Shown here: in pieces, positions 26,329 to 39,200 of the stretch
How positions within the stretch are numbered: the stretch's first letter is position 1
Layout: each line of letters opens with the position of its first letter
DNA from: Octopus sinensis
Taxonomy: Eukaryota
Direction of reading: 5' to 3'
Assembly (NCBI RefSeq): GCF_006345805.1
Contig: NC_042998.1
Location: 69,688,001 to 69,752,000, forward strand
Length of the DNA: 64,000 bases
Position numbers and translations under genes: made by a program
The notes under the pieces: model-generated
What the model was told of the DNA's origin: nothing
Seen by the model: the letters and a program-made list of their open reading frames with translations, nothing else
Database searches by the model: none

Positions 26329-29300
26329 TAGTTTTATTTTTTATAGCGTGCTTTCACTTCACTACCGAGCGCAGCTCTGTGTGCCTTGGGTATGTGCTGT
26401 GATTTGTTGTGATGCTCTGATGGTTATTGTATGGAAAGTGTTCTGCGTAGGATGTGTGCTGTGCCTAGTAGTGCAATTTTCTGTATGTTATATGTGTTTG
26501 TAAGCCCTGGTGTTTTTGTTATGTATTTGTCTGAATATTTTTTTATCATGCCTAATGCACCTATTATGATAGGAATTGTTTCTGTTTTTAGATTCCACAT
26601 TCTGGTTACCTCTATTTCCAGATCTTTGTATTTTGAAAGTTTCTCCATTTCTTTTAGAGACACGTTGTCATCTGCCGATATTGATACATCAATTAGAAAG
26701 CATTTTTTTTTCATGATCTCTGACAACTATATCTGGTCTGTTGGCCTTAATTTTTCTATCTGTGTGTATCGGCATATCCCAGAGTATGGTTGCTTTCTCG
26801 TTTTCTGTGACCTTTTCTGGTGTGTTCCTATACCATCTTTTTTCTGTTGTTATTCCATAATGTTGGCATAGCTTCCAGTGTATGTAGGTTCCAACTCTGT
26901 CATGTCTGTGAATATATTCCTTCTTAGCCAGGACTGGGCAGCCAGAGATAATATGATTTATTGTGTCTTGTCCATCTCCACATATTCTGCAGTTACTTGT
27001 TATATTTCTTTTCATTACATGTTTTTGGTAATTTCTGGTGGGGAGGCTTTGGTCTTGTACTGCAATTAAAAATCCCTCTGTCTCTGCTTTGAGTCCTGAG
27101 CTTCTCAACCATTGCTGGGATTTTTCTTTGTCTATTTCTTTTGCATTTAGTTTAGTCCAGTATTTACCATGAAGGGGTTTTTCTTGCCATCGTTTTATCA
27201 TGGTTCGTTGCTGTTCTAGTTTTAGTTTGGATTTCATTTGTTTTATAGCTTTTGTTTCTTCTTCTTTTCTCTTTTCTTCTTCTTCTTCTCTTCTTCTTTT
27301 CTTCTTCTTCTTCTCTTTTCTTTTTTTTTTTTTTTTTTTTCTTCTTCTTCTTCTTCTTCTTATTCTTCTTCTTATTCTCTTCTTCTTCTTCTCTTCTCTT
27401 CTTTATATTGTTAGGTGGTATGATTTCTTGTTTGTATTTGTCAGCTTCCTAAAATACTGAGAACAGTTGTTTTTTTGCTCGTGTTTTGCCGCTATTTGTA
27501 TCAGTTTTCCTTCCTTCTGAAGTAGATATTTTTGCAGTCCTATGGTGGTTATTTAATAGTAGTTTTCCAGCTGTATAAGGCCTCTACCACCTTCTATACG
27601 TTGTATATATAGTCTTTCTATGTCAGATTTTGGGTGATGTCAGATTTTTTAGCATTGAGCTCTGTTTTTAGTATTGATCTAACTCGTCTATAATATTCTT
27701 TTTTTATTTTCTCTTTCATTTGTGTGTGTAGTGTCTTATCTAGTTCATGGATTCCTAAGTATTTGTAAGTTTGGCTTTGGTCTAATTCTTTTATTTCATT
27801 GGTTTTATCTAGTGTGATGTTGCTACTCTTAACTAGTTTTCCTCTTTTCATGGTTACTTTGGCGCATTTTTCTAATCCAAATTCATATCTATTTCTTTGG
27901 TAAATCCATGAACGTCTTTAATAGTGTTTCCTGCTGTTTGTCATTTGCAGCGTATAGTTTTAGGTCATCCATATATAAAAGGTGGCTGATCGTTTTGCCG
28001 TAACATTTATATCCGCATCCAGTTCTATTTAGCATATCAGATAGAGGTGACAGTGCCCAGCAGAAAAGGAGTGGAGAGAGCGTGTCTCCCTGGAATATTC
28101 CTCTTCTAATGGGGATGGCTTTGGTTTTCATGAGTCCCTCTTTTGTTTGGAGCTGTAGCACTGTTTGCCATTTATTCATAGAGTGCCCAATGAATTTTAT
28201 AATTGTTGGTGCTACTTTGTTAATGGCTAGTGTTTCGAGGATCCATGTGTGGGGGATGCTATCAAACGCCTTTTTGTAGTCGATCCAGGCCATACTGAGG
28301 CCTTTCTTCTTTCTGTGGCTGTCTTCAGTTATGGCTTTATTGATCATTAGTTGATCTTTACAGCCGTATGAGCCTTGGCGGCATCCTTTCTGCTCTTCTG
28401 GGAACAGGTTGTTTTCGTCTAGGTGCTTGTTCAACCTTTGCGATATCACTGCAGTAAATGCCTTGTACATCGTAGGGAGACAGGTTATTGGTCTGTAGTT
28501 TTCTGGTTTTGCTGTCTCATTTGATTTGGGAATTAAGATGGTTTTTCCCTTCGTGAGCCATTCAGGCATTGTCTCTGGCTCTGTAGTATGTTTAAATTTT
28601 CAGCCAGCTTTTTGTGCATTCCTGTTAGATATTTCAACCAGAAGTTGGGGATCTTGTCATGCCCAGGTGCCTTCCAGTTGCTTAGTCTTTGCAGTGCCTG
28701 GGTGACCTCTTCAATTGTTATGGGGGTCAAAGTTGCTCAGATGCTGAGTTTGTTGTTTTAATACTCCTTTTTTGGTTGTTCGTTCGCCGACCATATTTCT
28801 TTCCAGAATTCTTCCACTTCTTCTGCCGTTGGTGCTGCAGTGATTTCTATTTTATTTTTGCCAAGTTCTTGTAGAACTTTTTGGGGTTGGAGTTGAACTT
28901 TTTGTTTTGTTCAAAGAAGCGCTGGCGTTTCTCATACCGGCGGATCCTTTGTGCTTTGGCAAGGATATCTTGCTTTAGCTTTTCTTTTATCTCAGGTAAA
29001 TCTTTTTGTGTGATGTTGTATTGCGGAGTATTTTTGTTTTCTTTTTGTTGCTCAGTAGCGTTGATTGTCTACTGATTTCATTAAGAATCGACAGATCTTT
29101 TCTATTTTTTGTATTTTGTTTCAGATGTTATTTATCCACAGGGTTTTTGGGTGGTGGTACTCCTGTTTGGACGGGTTTGAGTGAGTATCCAGCTTCTTTT
29201 GTGGCTGCAGTGGCTGCTGCGTATACTAAGTTATTTAGCTCAGTGATATCGCTTTTTGTTTCAGTGGCTATTAGTTCCGTGACGGCTAGGTTTATGCTGT

Positions 29301-30371
29301 TTATATTGGTGTTGTTGTTTCGTTTATTTTGATTTTTGGGAGTTATGGTCGGTGGTTCATTTTGAGCTCTGTGGTTTTCAGTTCTTAGATTATTTTACTT
29401 TTTATATTATCATAATCATTAGGCTCCCCTTCGTTGTTACCAGCTTTTAGATTTGTGTCGCTTTCTTTCTTATTTATATGTTTGTTTGCCGTGTTTTGGC
29501 TTGTTGTTTGTCGTGTATTATTATGCATCCTTACGGTCTGGGTTTGCTGTTTTTTGTTTACATCGTGTTTGTTGGGAATGTTACGTTTGTCTTCGTGTTT
29601 TACTGTTTCAGTGTTTATATTATTGGGCATTGTTGTGTGGCTTCTATCTACATTTTCCTGATGTATTTTTTCTTTTAGATGTTCTATTTCTATTTCTGAT
29701 AATTTTTTTTTGCGTTGAGAATGTATCTTCGTACGTTAGCTAGTTTGTTAGGGTTCATTGCTGTATCCAAGTCTGTATTTATGTTGTTTTCCTTCCATAT
29801 TTTATATGTATGTGTTGTTGTGTTGTCATTCTTTGGGTAGAGCACTGCTGTAAAATAAGCATGTAGGATAGAAATGTATTCCTCACGTGTCCATTTATGT
29901 CTTTTGGGTTTTATTTGCGGGACATGAGGAACAACGTCGGCCCCATATTTTGACGGTCGTCATTTTCGTAGGGTACCGGTCCGTTCATTTCTGTTGTCAC
30001 ATTGTTTTGCACGTGTAGTTTTTCGTACATTTTATGTTGTAAGTTTAACGTACGTACTTCCCGATTGCTATTTTGGGTGAATAATATCGGTGTTATTAAT
30101 TTCTTCGTAGTTTTTTTGTACATGGTGTTTGGGGTCGGAGATGATCTGGTGTTGATAGGTCGTAATGTTCCGCGCATGTTTACATGTGTTGTGTTCGAGG
30201 TGGAGATGATATCGAGTTAAAATATCATTCATTTCGTTTCGTTGTCAGTAAATTTTTGGCTCCATACGATGTCTTTGTATTCGATGTTTGTGGATAGATT
30301 TCGGAGCGCTGTTTTATCGCTCTCACATGTTTAACGTCCCCGGTGTCTTTTGTTTAACGTCCCCGGTGTCC
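26326..30371 (-). mobile_element. Near full-length R4/Dong-type LINE (family B), ~4.05 kb, decayed, between (TAA)n-rich tracts
   Basis: NWKAPGHDKIPNFWLK, NYRPITCLPTMYK, EQKGCRQGSYGCKDQL, WIDYKKAFDSIPH, GIFQGDTLSPLLF, HLLYMDDLKLYA, CRICGDGQDTINHIISGCP, ANRPDIVVRD, LIDVSISAD. Frameshifts and deletions present. Confidence 0.95.
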
Positions 30372-30385
30372 TTATTATTAATATT

Positions 30386-30452
<67 letters not shown>

Positions 30453-30939
30453 GCATTGATGTTGCTAATGTTGATGTTTAAATATCATTCATCAACCAAA
30501 AACGTGACTTGTTGCCAGTCAAGATAGTGTCTTTATCTTTAAGATCAAGCAGCAACTCTATTTCTGTCCAACTTAACTTGCTGATTTAACATCCGGTATT
30601 CAGTACGGTTCTAGCTATACTTTAGCTGTTTACTTCCATCACATTTCTTCCGCCATCTTGTCCACACTGTCGACTGTGCGACATGTCTTGGAGCCTGAAG
30701 GATTACAGCTGTCTTGCACTTTGTTTATTCACTGTATTAAGCAGCGCTGGTCTGTGAGGAAACGTGGGGCTATCAGTCAGATGGGATGTATGCTAAATAA
30801 ATAAGTAAACATATATTTCAGTCACTGGAAAACACATATAAACATACAAACATACACACACCTATATGTGTGTAAGTGCGCGTGATATACACTCCCGCCC
30901 CCCACACACGATGCAAACATACATAAATGTCTGTGTATG

Positions 30940-30963
30940 TTTGTGATTGCGCATATGCACACA

Positions 30964-31017
<54 letters not shown>

Positions 31018-31302
31018 CACACGCACGCACACACACACACACAAATTAGATAACTTAGATATATTTCGGCCAAAGATAGGCTCTAATACGTATATATATC
31101 CGCATACGTGTATGAGTGTATATATATATATATATTTCTACGATATATATTTGTGCATATGCACGTATGTATATTTATTGATGTGTATCTCTGTGTGTAT
31201 ATGTATCTATATGTATCAACGAATCAATATTTTCTATATGTATCTACGTATGCATGCGCATATGCATATAATATATGTATATATAATATATGTATATATA
31301 TT

Positions 31303-31352
<50 letters not shown>

Positions 31353-31356
31353 ATAT

Positions 31357-31406
<50 letters not shown>

Positions 31407-31784
31407 TGTATGTATGTATCTATAGGCATCTATGTGTGTCCATCATCGCATGTATATTCCTCTATATATATGTATGTATAAATTTAAGGAATTATGAATA
31501 GCTGTGTAGCTATATATATCTATGTGTGTATAGTGTATATATGTAAGTGTATAAATGTGTATCTCTCCCCCTCTCTCTTTATCTATCTATATGCGTATCT
31601 ATATACGCATCTATACATCTATATATATCTATATACGTATTTGTATGTACATATATATCTATATGTTTTATTCAGTTCAATAGTCAGTTTTACCTTTCTT
31701 CACTTTTACCCTGATGTTTGTATGTATGTATGTATGTATGTATGTATGTATGTATGTATGTATGTATGTATGTATGTATGTATG

Positions 31785-31817
<33 letters not shown>

Positions 31818-31870
31818 CTCTGTCTATCTATCTCTCTGTCTATCTATCACATATATGTATGAACACATGC
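30940..31870. repeat. (CA)n, (TA)n, (TATG)n and (TATC)n arrays
   Basis: Directly visible. Confidence 0.9.
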
Positions 31871-32759
31871 ATGTATCTATCTATTTGTCGATCTATAATA
31901 TGTGTGCATGTAGGTTTCTTTCTCTCTAACTGTCAATGTCTGTCTGTATCTGTCTATCGCTGAAGGTGTTTGTATCTGTGTGCTTGCCTCTCTGTCTGAC
32001 TCTGTAACTACGTTTGTCTGTCTATCTATCCATATATCCATCTATCCATTTATCTTAATCCTCATATGCTTCAATCATAGTTTCGAGTAGCCATCATAAA
32101 AATCTACAACCCTTCAGACACCTTTTCCCACTCAATCTTACTCCCCTCATCCCTCCCAGTACTTCCCATCTAGCCACCATCGGATGTAATGTTACACTAA
32201 GTCGATATTGCCTTACATAATTGATTACTATTATTATGCAACATGCCGCTAGAATCCATTTCCATAACCCGAGTGGCCATTTAGAGATAAAAATTGCCAA
32301 AAGTCAATCCATAGAAAACCTAGCGAAGTCACAATAAGCAGGAGCGTCTTTTGGAGCTCTTCAAGAAGGGAAATAGAAATAGAAATAGAAATAGAAGAAA
32401 AAAAAAAATGAATAAAAAGGAAACGATAGTTTGCGAATCATTTAATCAATGATATTAGGCAGAAAAATCACATTCTTCCGTGGCTTGGTGAATCAGCTAT
32501 GTATGTGGAATGTGCTGTGATGTACACTGAGAAATAAACGAATCGGAGGTGAGGTAATATTTTACCGAAAGTCAAAGAAAAAACGGAGACGATTACGTCA
32601 TTCACTTTCCCAATGTGTGTGTCTGTGTGTGTTCTTGCCGAAGTAATAAGCAAAGAATTATACAAACATGCGCTCTGTTTAATGTTGTAGGCTATAGAAT
32701 CTATTGTATATAATTTTGGGATCTGTGATAGGTGTAAGAATTATATACGCACATTTATA

Positions 32760-32837
32760 ATATGCACATGCATACATACGTGTGTGTATGTGGCTGTGTG
32801 GAGTATGTGTGTACATATATATTCATGAATATATGTA

Positions 32838-32932
<95 letters not shown>

Positions 32933-32969
32933 ATTTGTGTGCATGCAATCATAAACGAACGTCTCATTC

Positions 32970-33040
<71 letters not shown>

Positions 33041-33113
33041 TCGTGTGCTAGTATTTATGTCAACGTAGAAATATTCAAATATACATGTATCTCTTTTACC
33101 CCAACTATCTATA

Positions 33114-33152
<39 letters not shown>

Positions 33153-34340
33153 ATTCGTACATACATAATACTACAGAGTTATCTATCTACATACATACAC
33201 ACATACGTGCGTGCTTGCATGCATACACACATACATGCATATATGCACACACACACACACACACACACATATATGTATGCGCGTTTAATACAATGGAATA
33301 CATATATATATACATGCATATATATGTAATAATATATGAACAAATTTCTGGAATTGACAATATCTATGTATCTGAGTGTGTGTGCACAGACACAGACACA
33401 GACACACACACACACACATATATATATACACATACATACATATATACATACACGCACTCACTGGCACACGCATATATTTTATATTTACATATTTATATAT
33501 GCAGACATATATTGCATAATTCTGTAAGCGGGCTCACACAAAAGAATGATAATAGAAGAGATTTCGGGGTCGATGCTTTTGGCAACGTAACATAAATCTT
33601 GACAGCAATAAAAATACTGTTAGTGTTGGTATTGAATTAGAGCCTAATAAAGGTCCAGAAAAACCACAAAGAATAATCTAGATTGATATTGGTAAAGAGT
33701 AGAAAGAGCGTGGCTTCTTGTACATGTGAATAGAGGGCAAAGACAGAGAGAGTAATTGTTTTTTGGGTGGTGGTCGTGGTATTGAGTTATACCCCTACCA
33801 TAATAAGTTTTCAACGTTTGTCTACTATCCTCGTTATAAATGTCCGAGATATGTATGTATGTATGTGTGTATGTATGTATGTATGTATGTATGTATGTAT
33901 GTATGTATGTATAAGTGTATGTGTGTGTGTATGTATGTATGTGTGTGTGTATGTATGTATGTGTGTGTGTGTGTACGTATGAATGTACGTATGTGTGTAT
34001 GTATGTATGTATGTATGTATGTGTGTGTGTATGTATGTATGTATGTATGTATGTATGTGTACGTATGTGTGTATGTATGTATGTATGTATGTGTGTGTAT
34101 TTATGAATGTACGTATGTGTGTATGTATGTATATGTGTGTATGTATGAATGAACGTATATATGTATCTATTTGTATGTGTGTTGCATTGTGGTATAATAT
34201 ATATGTATATTTTATAAATATATGCGAGTCTACTAACCAACTAACCAACCAACCAACCAACCAACCAACCGACCAACCAACCTGCCAGCCAACCAACCTG
34301 CCAGCCAACCAACCAACCAACCTACCTACCTGCATAACTC
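32760..34340. repeat. Compound microsatellite field: (TATC)n, (TA)n, (TG)n, (TATG)n, (CCAA)n
   Basis: Directly visible. Confidence 0.9.
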
Positions 34341-34472
34341 TCTCTTTTCTACCTATGTTTCTGCCTATGCATGTATAAATATATATGCTCAAATTTTTTG
34401 AAAATAAAAGACGAAGACAAGTGAGGGATTAAGAAGCAGGTGTATTAGTTTAACACTCGGGAAGAGTGGAGA

Positions 34473-34513
34473 AGTCTTTGACGTTTCGAGCCTACGCTCT
34501 TCGACAGAAAGTG
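34473..34513 (-). ncRNA. Minimal type I hammerhead ribozyme motif with an A6U core variant, Penelope-like context
   Basis: Minus strand cttt-CUGUCGA-a-GAGC-gtag-GCUC-GAAA-CG-UC-aaag: stem I cttt/aaag, 4 bp stem II, palindromic ACGU stem III, GUC cleavage triplet. Confidence 0.6.
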
Positions 34514-35160
34514 TTGAGAGGAAAAAATGGTGAAAGAAAAAAAAATGTGTAAGGATTAATGGTTTTAATTGATGAAATGATGGGAAGAAAGATGCCGAAT
34601 GAAAGGGAGATAATAACGGTGATCCGTCTGAACTAGGATGCGCAAGCACGTATGTGTATGCGAGAGTGGCGCGTGTGAGTGCACTTGTATGAATAGGGGC
34701 GAGCATGTGTGAATGTATGTGTGGGTGAGCTAAAAATTATGTGAGCCTGTGTGCACGTATGCGCGTGTGCGTGTGTGTGCAAACGCCTTTGTGTAGCAGT
34801 TAATATGTGCTTGTTCGAGTGGTGTGCGCACATGTGTATGTGTGTGTGTGTTAGTGCATGAAGTTTGTGACCCTATAGTGTGCATGCGTATCGTGCATGC
34901 TTATGTGCGAAAGTTATATGTGTTTCTGCGTGTTGTGTGCACGTATCTTGTCTGACATAACAACTTTGCTGGAGATTGTAGCAGCGTCACAGGCTGCAAC
35001 TTGTGGACTAAGGAGACATTTTTCATTCAGATTTTTGCAAATTTTTGCGGAGAATTCTTGCAGTTCCAAGCAATACTGTCATCTGTAGATATTTTATATT
35101 TACGTTTAACTCCTATTTTTTCATTCCATTTAGTGAGGTTAGTACTGATAACAAAGCTCC

Positions 35161-35216
<56 letters not shown>

Positions 35217-35449
35217 CGACGACGACAACGACAACAATAATAAAACAATAATCACAACGACAACAACAGCAACAACGACGATGACAACAACGGCAAAATC
35301 CATAACAACAGGTATGATACCCACTTTCATCAATGATCACATGACCGCATTTTTATTTTTATTTCCTACTTCAAATCATCGTGTTTGACCTTATTCTCTT
35401 CTTTTTCTAATAAAAAAATAATCTCTGTTAAAAGTATAATAATTTCAAT

Positions 35450-35820
35450 CTCGACCCAGAATTTTGCGAATATCAGCAAACTCTATTTTATCGGAATGGT
35501 AAACTCACTCCCCAGTAGGAAAACAACTAACTAATTGTGTTCACACTAAATGCCCACTCGAAATATATTGTAAAGACAAATAATTAGTTCATTGCACCAC
35601 TGTCTATATCAACTTGACCTCATTCGTATAAATAGTTTAAATGACCAATTCATTAAAGAAGGATGTTACCAATATATATACATATATCAGACCCAGAATA
35701 GAAAAGAGGAAACATCTCTGTCAAGGTATATTTGGAATTTAAAGTCGAACAACATGAGTTTTAAAATAAAATAGAATCTTCTATTTTCTGTAAAATAACA
35801 CTAACAAGAAAATCCTTGTA
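35450..35820 (+). pseudogene. Penelope-like element GIY-YIG endonuclease remnant
   Basis: CVHTKCPLEIYCKDK*LVHC resembles CNC...CPL.G.CL...VY, and ETSLSRYIWNLKSNNMSFKIK resembles T.LSKYIW.LK......I.W. Confidence 0.7.
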
Positions 35821-37352
35821 AAATTCTGATCTCAAGCCTCCAACTACTTAATTGAGGCTCACAATATCTCTAATCTTGTAGGCATATTTTGAACGTTAAA
35901 ATATTCAAAACAAATTTTATTTCCAAATAGGTAAGTATAACGACCATACATCCACATTTTTGTTTTATATTTTAGTCCATTACAATTAAATTTTATACCT
36001 TATCAGGTTCACGTTTTAGCGAGATAGAAAACACTTTCGTCATAAAAGTTCATTTTTAACAACAACAACAACGACGACGACGACGGAGGCTCCATAAATT
36101 AGAAAAGCTTTCTAATTTAATAATGATCTGTCATAGACCACAATAGAAACCGATAAATCCAAAGTTCAACTATTTAATATATTCATTTAATTGTTTAGCC
36201 ACAGACTCAATCAACGCTCCGCTATAATATATTTAATTATTGAACTAACAATTTCCAATTTACTTTTAAACTATCAATTTTATTGAATTTCATTAAGTTT
36301 TTATTAAAAGTTGCTGCAACGTAGTTACAGTTTGTTCTTCAACCATTTCTAATTGAACAGATTATAAGTTTACATAGCCATCAACTAACTATTCCACTCT
36401 ACACTATTCTGCATTTTATTTTCTCTTCACTTTATATTCTTTGTTTATTTCAATTCACTTCAATGTTATTCTGTAATAATTTATAGTTCAATCTAATCAT
36501 ATTCCACTCACTTTTCTCATTATTTGATGTCATATGTTTTCATAATAATGTATTTTAATTAGATAATACCAAAGTTTTAACAGATGCCAAATGGTTCACG
36601 GTAACGACATACATATTGGTTTCAAATTTTGACACAAGGACAGGAATTTGGGGGTAGAGTGTTAGTCGATTATATCGAACTCAGTGCTCAACTGGTACTT
36701 AATTTATCGACCCTTGAAAGAATGAAAGGCAAATTCGATCTCGGTAACGACTTACATCTTGTTAATTTAAAGTAAACCTGTGAAAATAATGTTATTTAGT
36801 TATGTATATTCATATCTTCGTATAGCCAAATGGAAATTACGTATTGCACAAAAATCAAGACATTCAATTCTATGAATTATATTTTGAAGTTGCAATTAAT
36901 ACATGTGTGTCCATGTATGTACATATACATTCCGCCAACATATATATGTATGTAGAAATACTCTGGCTGGTGTCCGTGAGAGCAGTATGCCTACTGGGTA
37001 TGAAGCACCCTTGGTCGAAGTCAAAACACTCGTCAAGGAGAAGGCTAACTCATATATAAAACCCGCAGCTCTACTAAGCCGGATATCTTACGCTTTGCTT
37101 GTCTCTGGGCTTCATGGTATTGCAAGTCAGAGTCGTTGTACTGTTGTGTAAGCTGCACTCAACTTAAAACCTTGCATGGGCATTGCTGACATTACTTGTC
37201 AACGATGGTCATGCTCATTTAACGAGTTGACAGTCATCATGTATGTATGTATGTATGTATGTATGTATGTATGTATGTATGTATGTATGTATGTATGTAT
37301 GTATGTATGCATGCATGCATGCATGCATGTATGTATGTATGTATGTATGTAT

Positions 37353-37463
37353 GTTATTATTAAGTTTATTTTAAGATTTCTTGCCAATAGAGAAAGAACC
37401 GGTTTCTAACCTAGATTCAAGGTTCCGTAATTGGAATTTCACCATCAGCAACAAGGTATTTTT
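37353..37463 (-). mobile_element. Isolated 3'-terminal segment of RLE LINE family A inside (TATG)n
   Basis: Similar to 7194-7302 and 10079-10185; (TATG)n on both sides. Confidence 0.82.
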
Positions 37464-37893
37464 GTTTGTATGTATGTACTAGCTAGCACCCGTGGAGAGT
37501 TCTTCATTGGGCCTTGAGCCCAAAATGATACTTCATGCATTGAGTACATATTAAATTTATTAAACTTGACCAATATTTTTCAAGCAATGAACAATTTCCG
37601 TCAAAACAATGATGTAATTTGTCAACTTGGAACTCCGACGAGATTAAACTTTATAATGACTTAATTATTTTAATCAAAATTTTTAAAGTCTGAATCGAAA
37701 CAGTTGTCAGGGATTATGTCTATTTTTGTAATTAATAAATATAATTATTAATTGATTTATCTCTATTTTCTTATTTTTCTTAATATATATAAACCTCGGT
37801 TTATTTAAGTAATAAAACAATAAAATCATTGGATATTGTTATTCCTTAATGAGGCTTATTTAACCTCTAATTGAACTTATATATATATATATA

Positions 37894-37976
<83 letters not shown>

Positions 37977-38001
37977 TATATATAATGTATATATATATAT
38001 A

Positions 38002-38037
<36 letters not shown>

Positions 38038-38039
38038 TA

Positions 38040-38430
38040 AATAAAACGAGACAACAAAACTAAGGCTGTGTGGAATTTATGGGACATTTATAAAGAGAAA
38101 TATAGTCTTACAGCTGTTTCTGGGATATTAGGGACATCCTTTCGTCAGAGACGATATGAGAGAGTTAATTAGAGGTAAATAGTAGAGTTCAGTAATAGGA
38201 GTTATTTCGGGGAAGGATGGATATAAGAAGTATAAAGAAAATAAGAGAGTAAAAATAAAAATATATGCAGTTTCATTATCCAAAGAAAGTTCTGTGTAGA
38301 AGAGGTAGAAATGCTTCATGTCCATGGTATGTATATTCCGATAGGAGTTCATATTTTGTTATTACAAGCAGATAGTGTGGAGACATAAATTCCATGTGCT
38401 GTTCATACAAAGGGGTCTTGTGGTGTTTAT
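38040..38430 (-). mobile_element. Penelope-like pseudo-LTR remnant
   Basis: Minus strand has NTT...NLCL, resembling the GIY-YIG C-terminus, followed by an AT-rich tract carrying a hammerhead motif at 38104-38155. Confidence 0.55.
38104..38155 (-). ncRNA. Minimal type I hammerhead ribozyme motif
   Basis: Minus strand atcgtct-CUGACGA-aaggatgtccctaatatccca-GAAA-CAGCUG-UA-agactat: stem I gtct/agac, stem II ggatgt/atatcc, palindromic ACAGCUGU stem III, GUA triplet. Confidence 0.65.
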
Positions 38431-38543
38431 ATATATATATATATATATAAGATAAAACTTAGTTGGAAATGGATGGGTGGCGTTCAATCATATAATAATA
38501 TAAATAATATAACTATGCATGTATACATACATATATGTACATA

Positions 38544-38583
<40 letters not shown>

Positions 38584-39059
38584 TATATGGGCACAGGACG
38601 TCATAGAACGTAAACAACATGAAATACGAAATACGCAAACATGGAATATGAAACTATTGTATATTGCTTGTTATCGTTCCAGACGATAGAGGTTAAATAA
38701 TAAATGATAGTTCGTAGTTGATAGATGATAAATTATATATGGTGTATGACAATAGAGATTAGCATATGAATACGAACATGGAATACGAACAACGAAAGAA
38801 ACAAATGGAAAATAAGACAAGCAATATAAAGAACGACACTTCATCAGTTTTCGGCTGTTTATCTACTCCGTATTTCGAGCATTTCACGAAGATACGTCTT
38901 CGACAAAACAGTTGCTCCCGCAAAGCAATTTAAATAAAATTTGGGATTTTGAGGAGGGTCAAAGCTGGTAACAAAAACAGGACAGTGAAAACAAACAGGA
39001 AGGACTGCATACATATGTATATGCATATATATGTATGTACATATATGTATGTATATATA

Positions 39060-39095
<36 letters not shown>

Positions 39096-39136
39096 AGCAC
39101 CAACAGACAGTAGAACGTATAAATATGTGTAAATGT

Positions 39137-39200
<64 letters not shown>

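Noticed and set aside
35995-36052. Hammerhead-like motif downstream of the Penelope GIY-YIG remnant (also a weak one at 1340-1385)
   Set aside because: Both halves of the core are mutated (ATGACGA...AAAACGTG; GAAG instead of GAAA), too degenerate to call.
36960-37230. Coding exon in the island before the (TATG)n array (similar islands at 16950-17400, 18200-18420, 32050-32340, 61330-61620)
   Set aside because: Only short ORFs with no recognisable motif or splice support; left unannotated pending database search.
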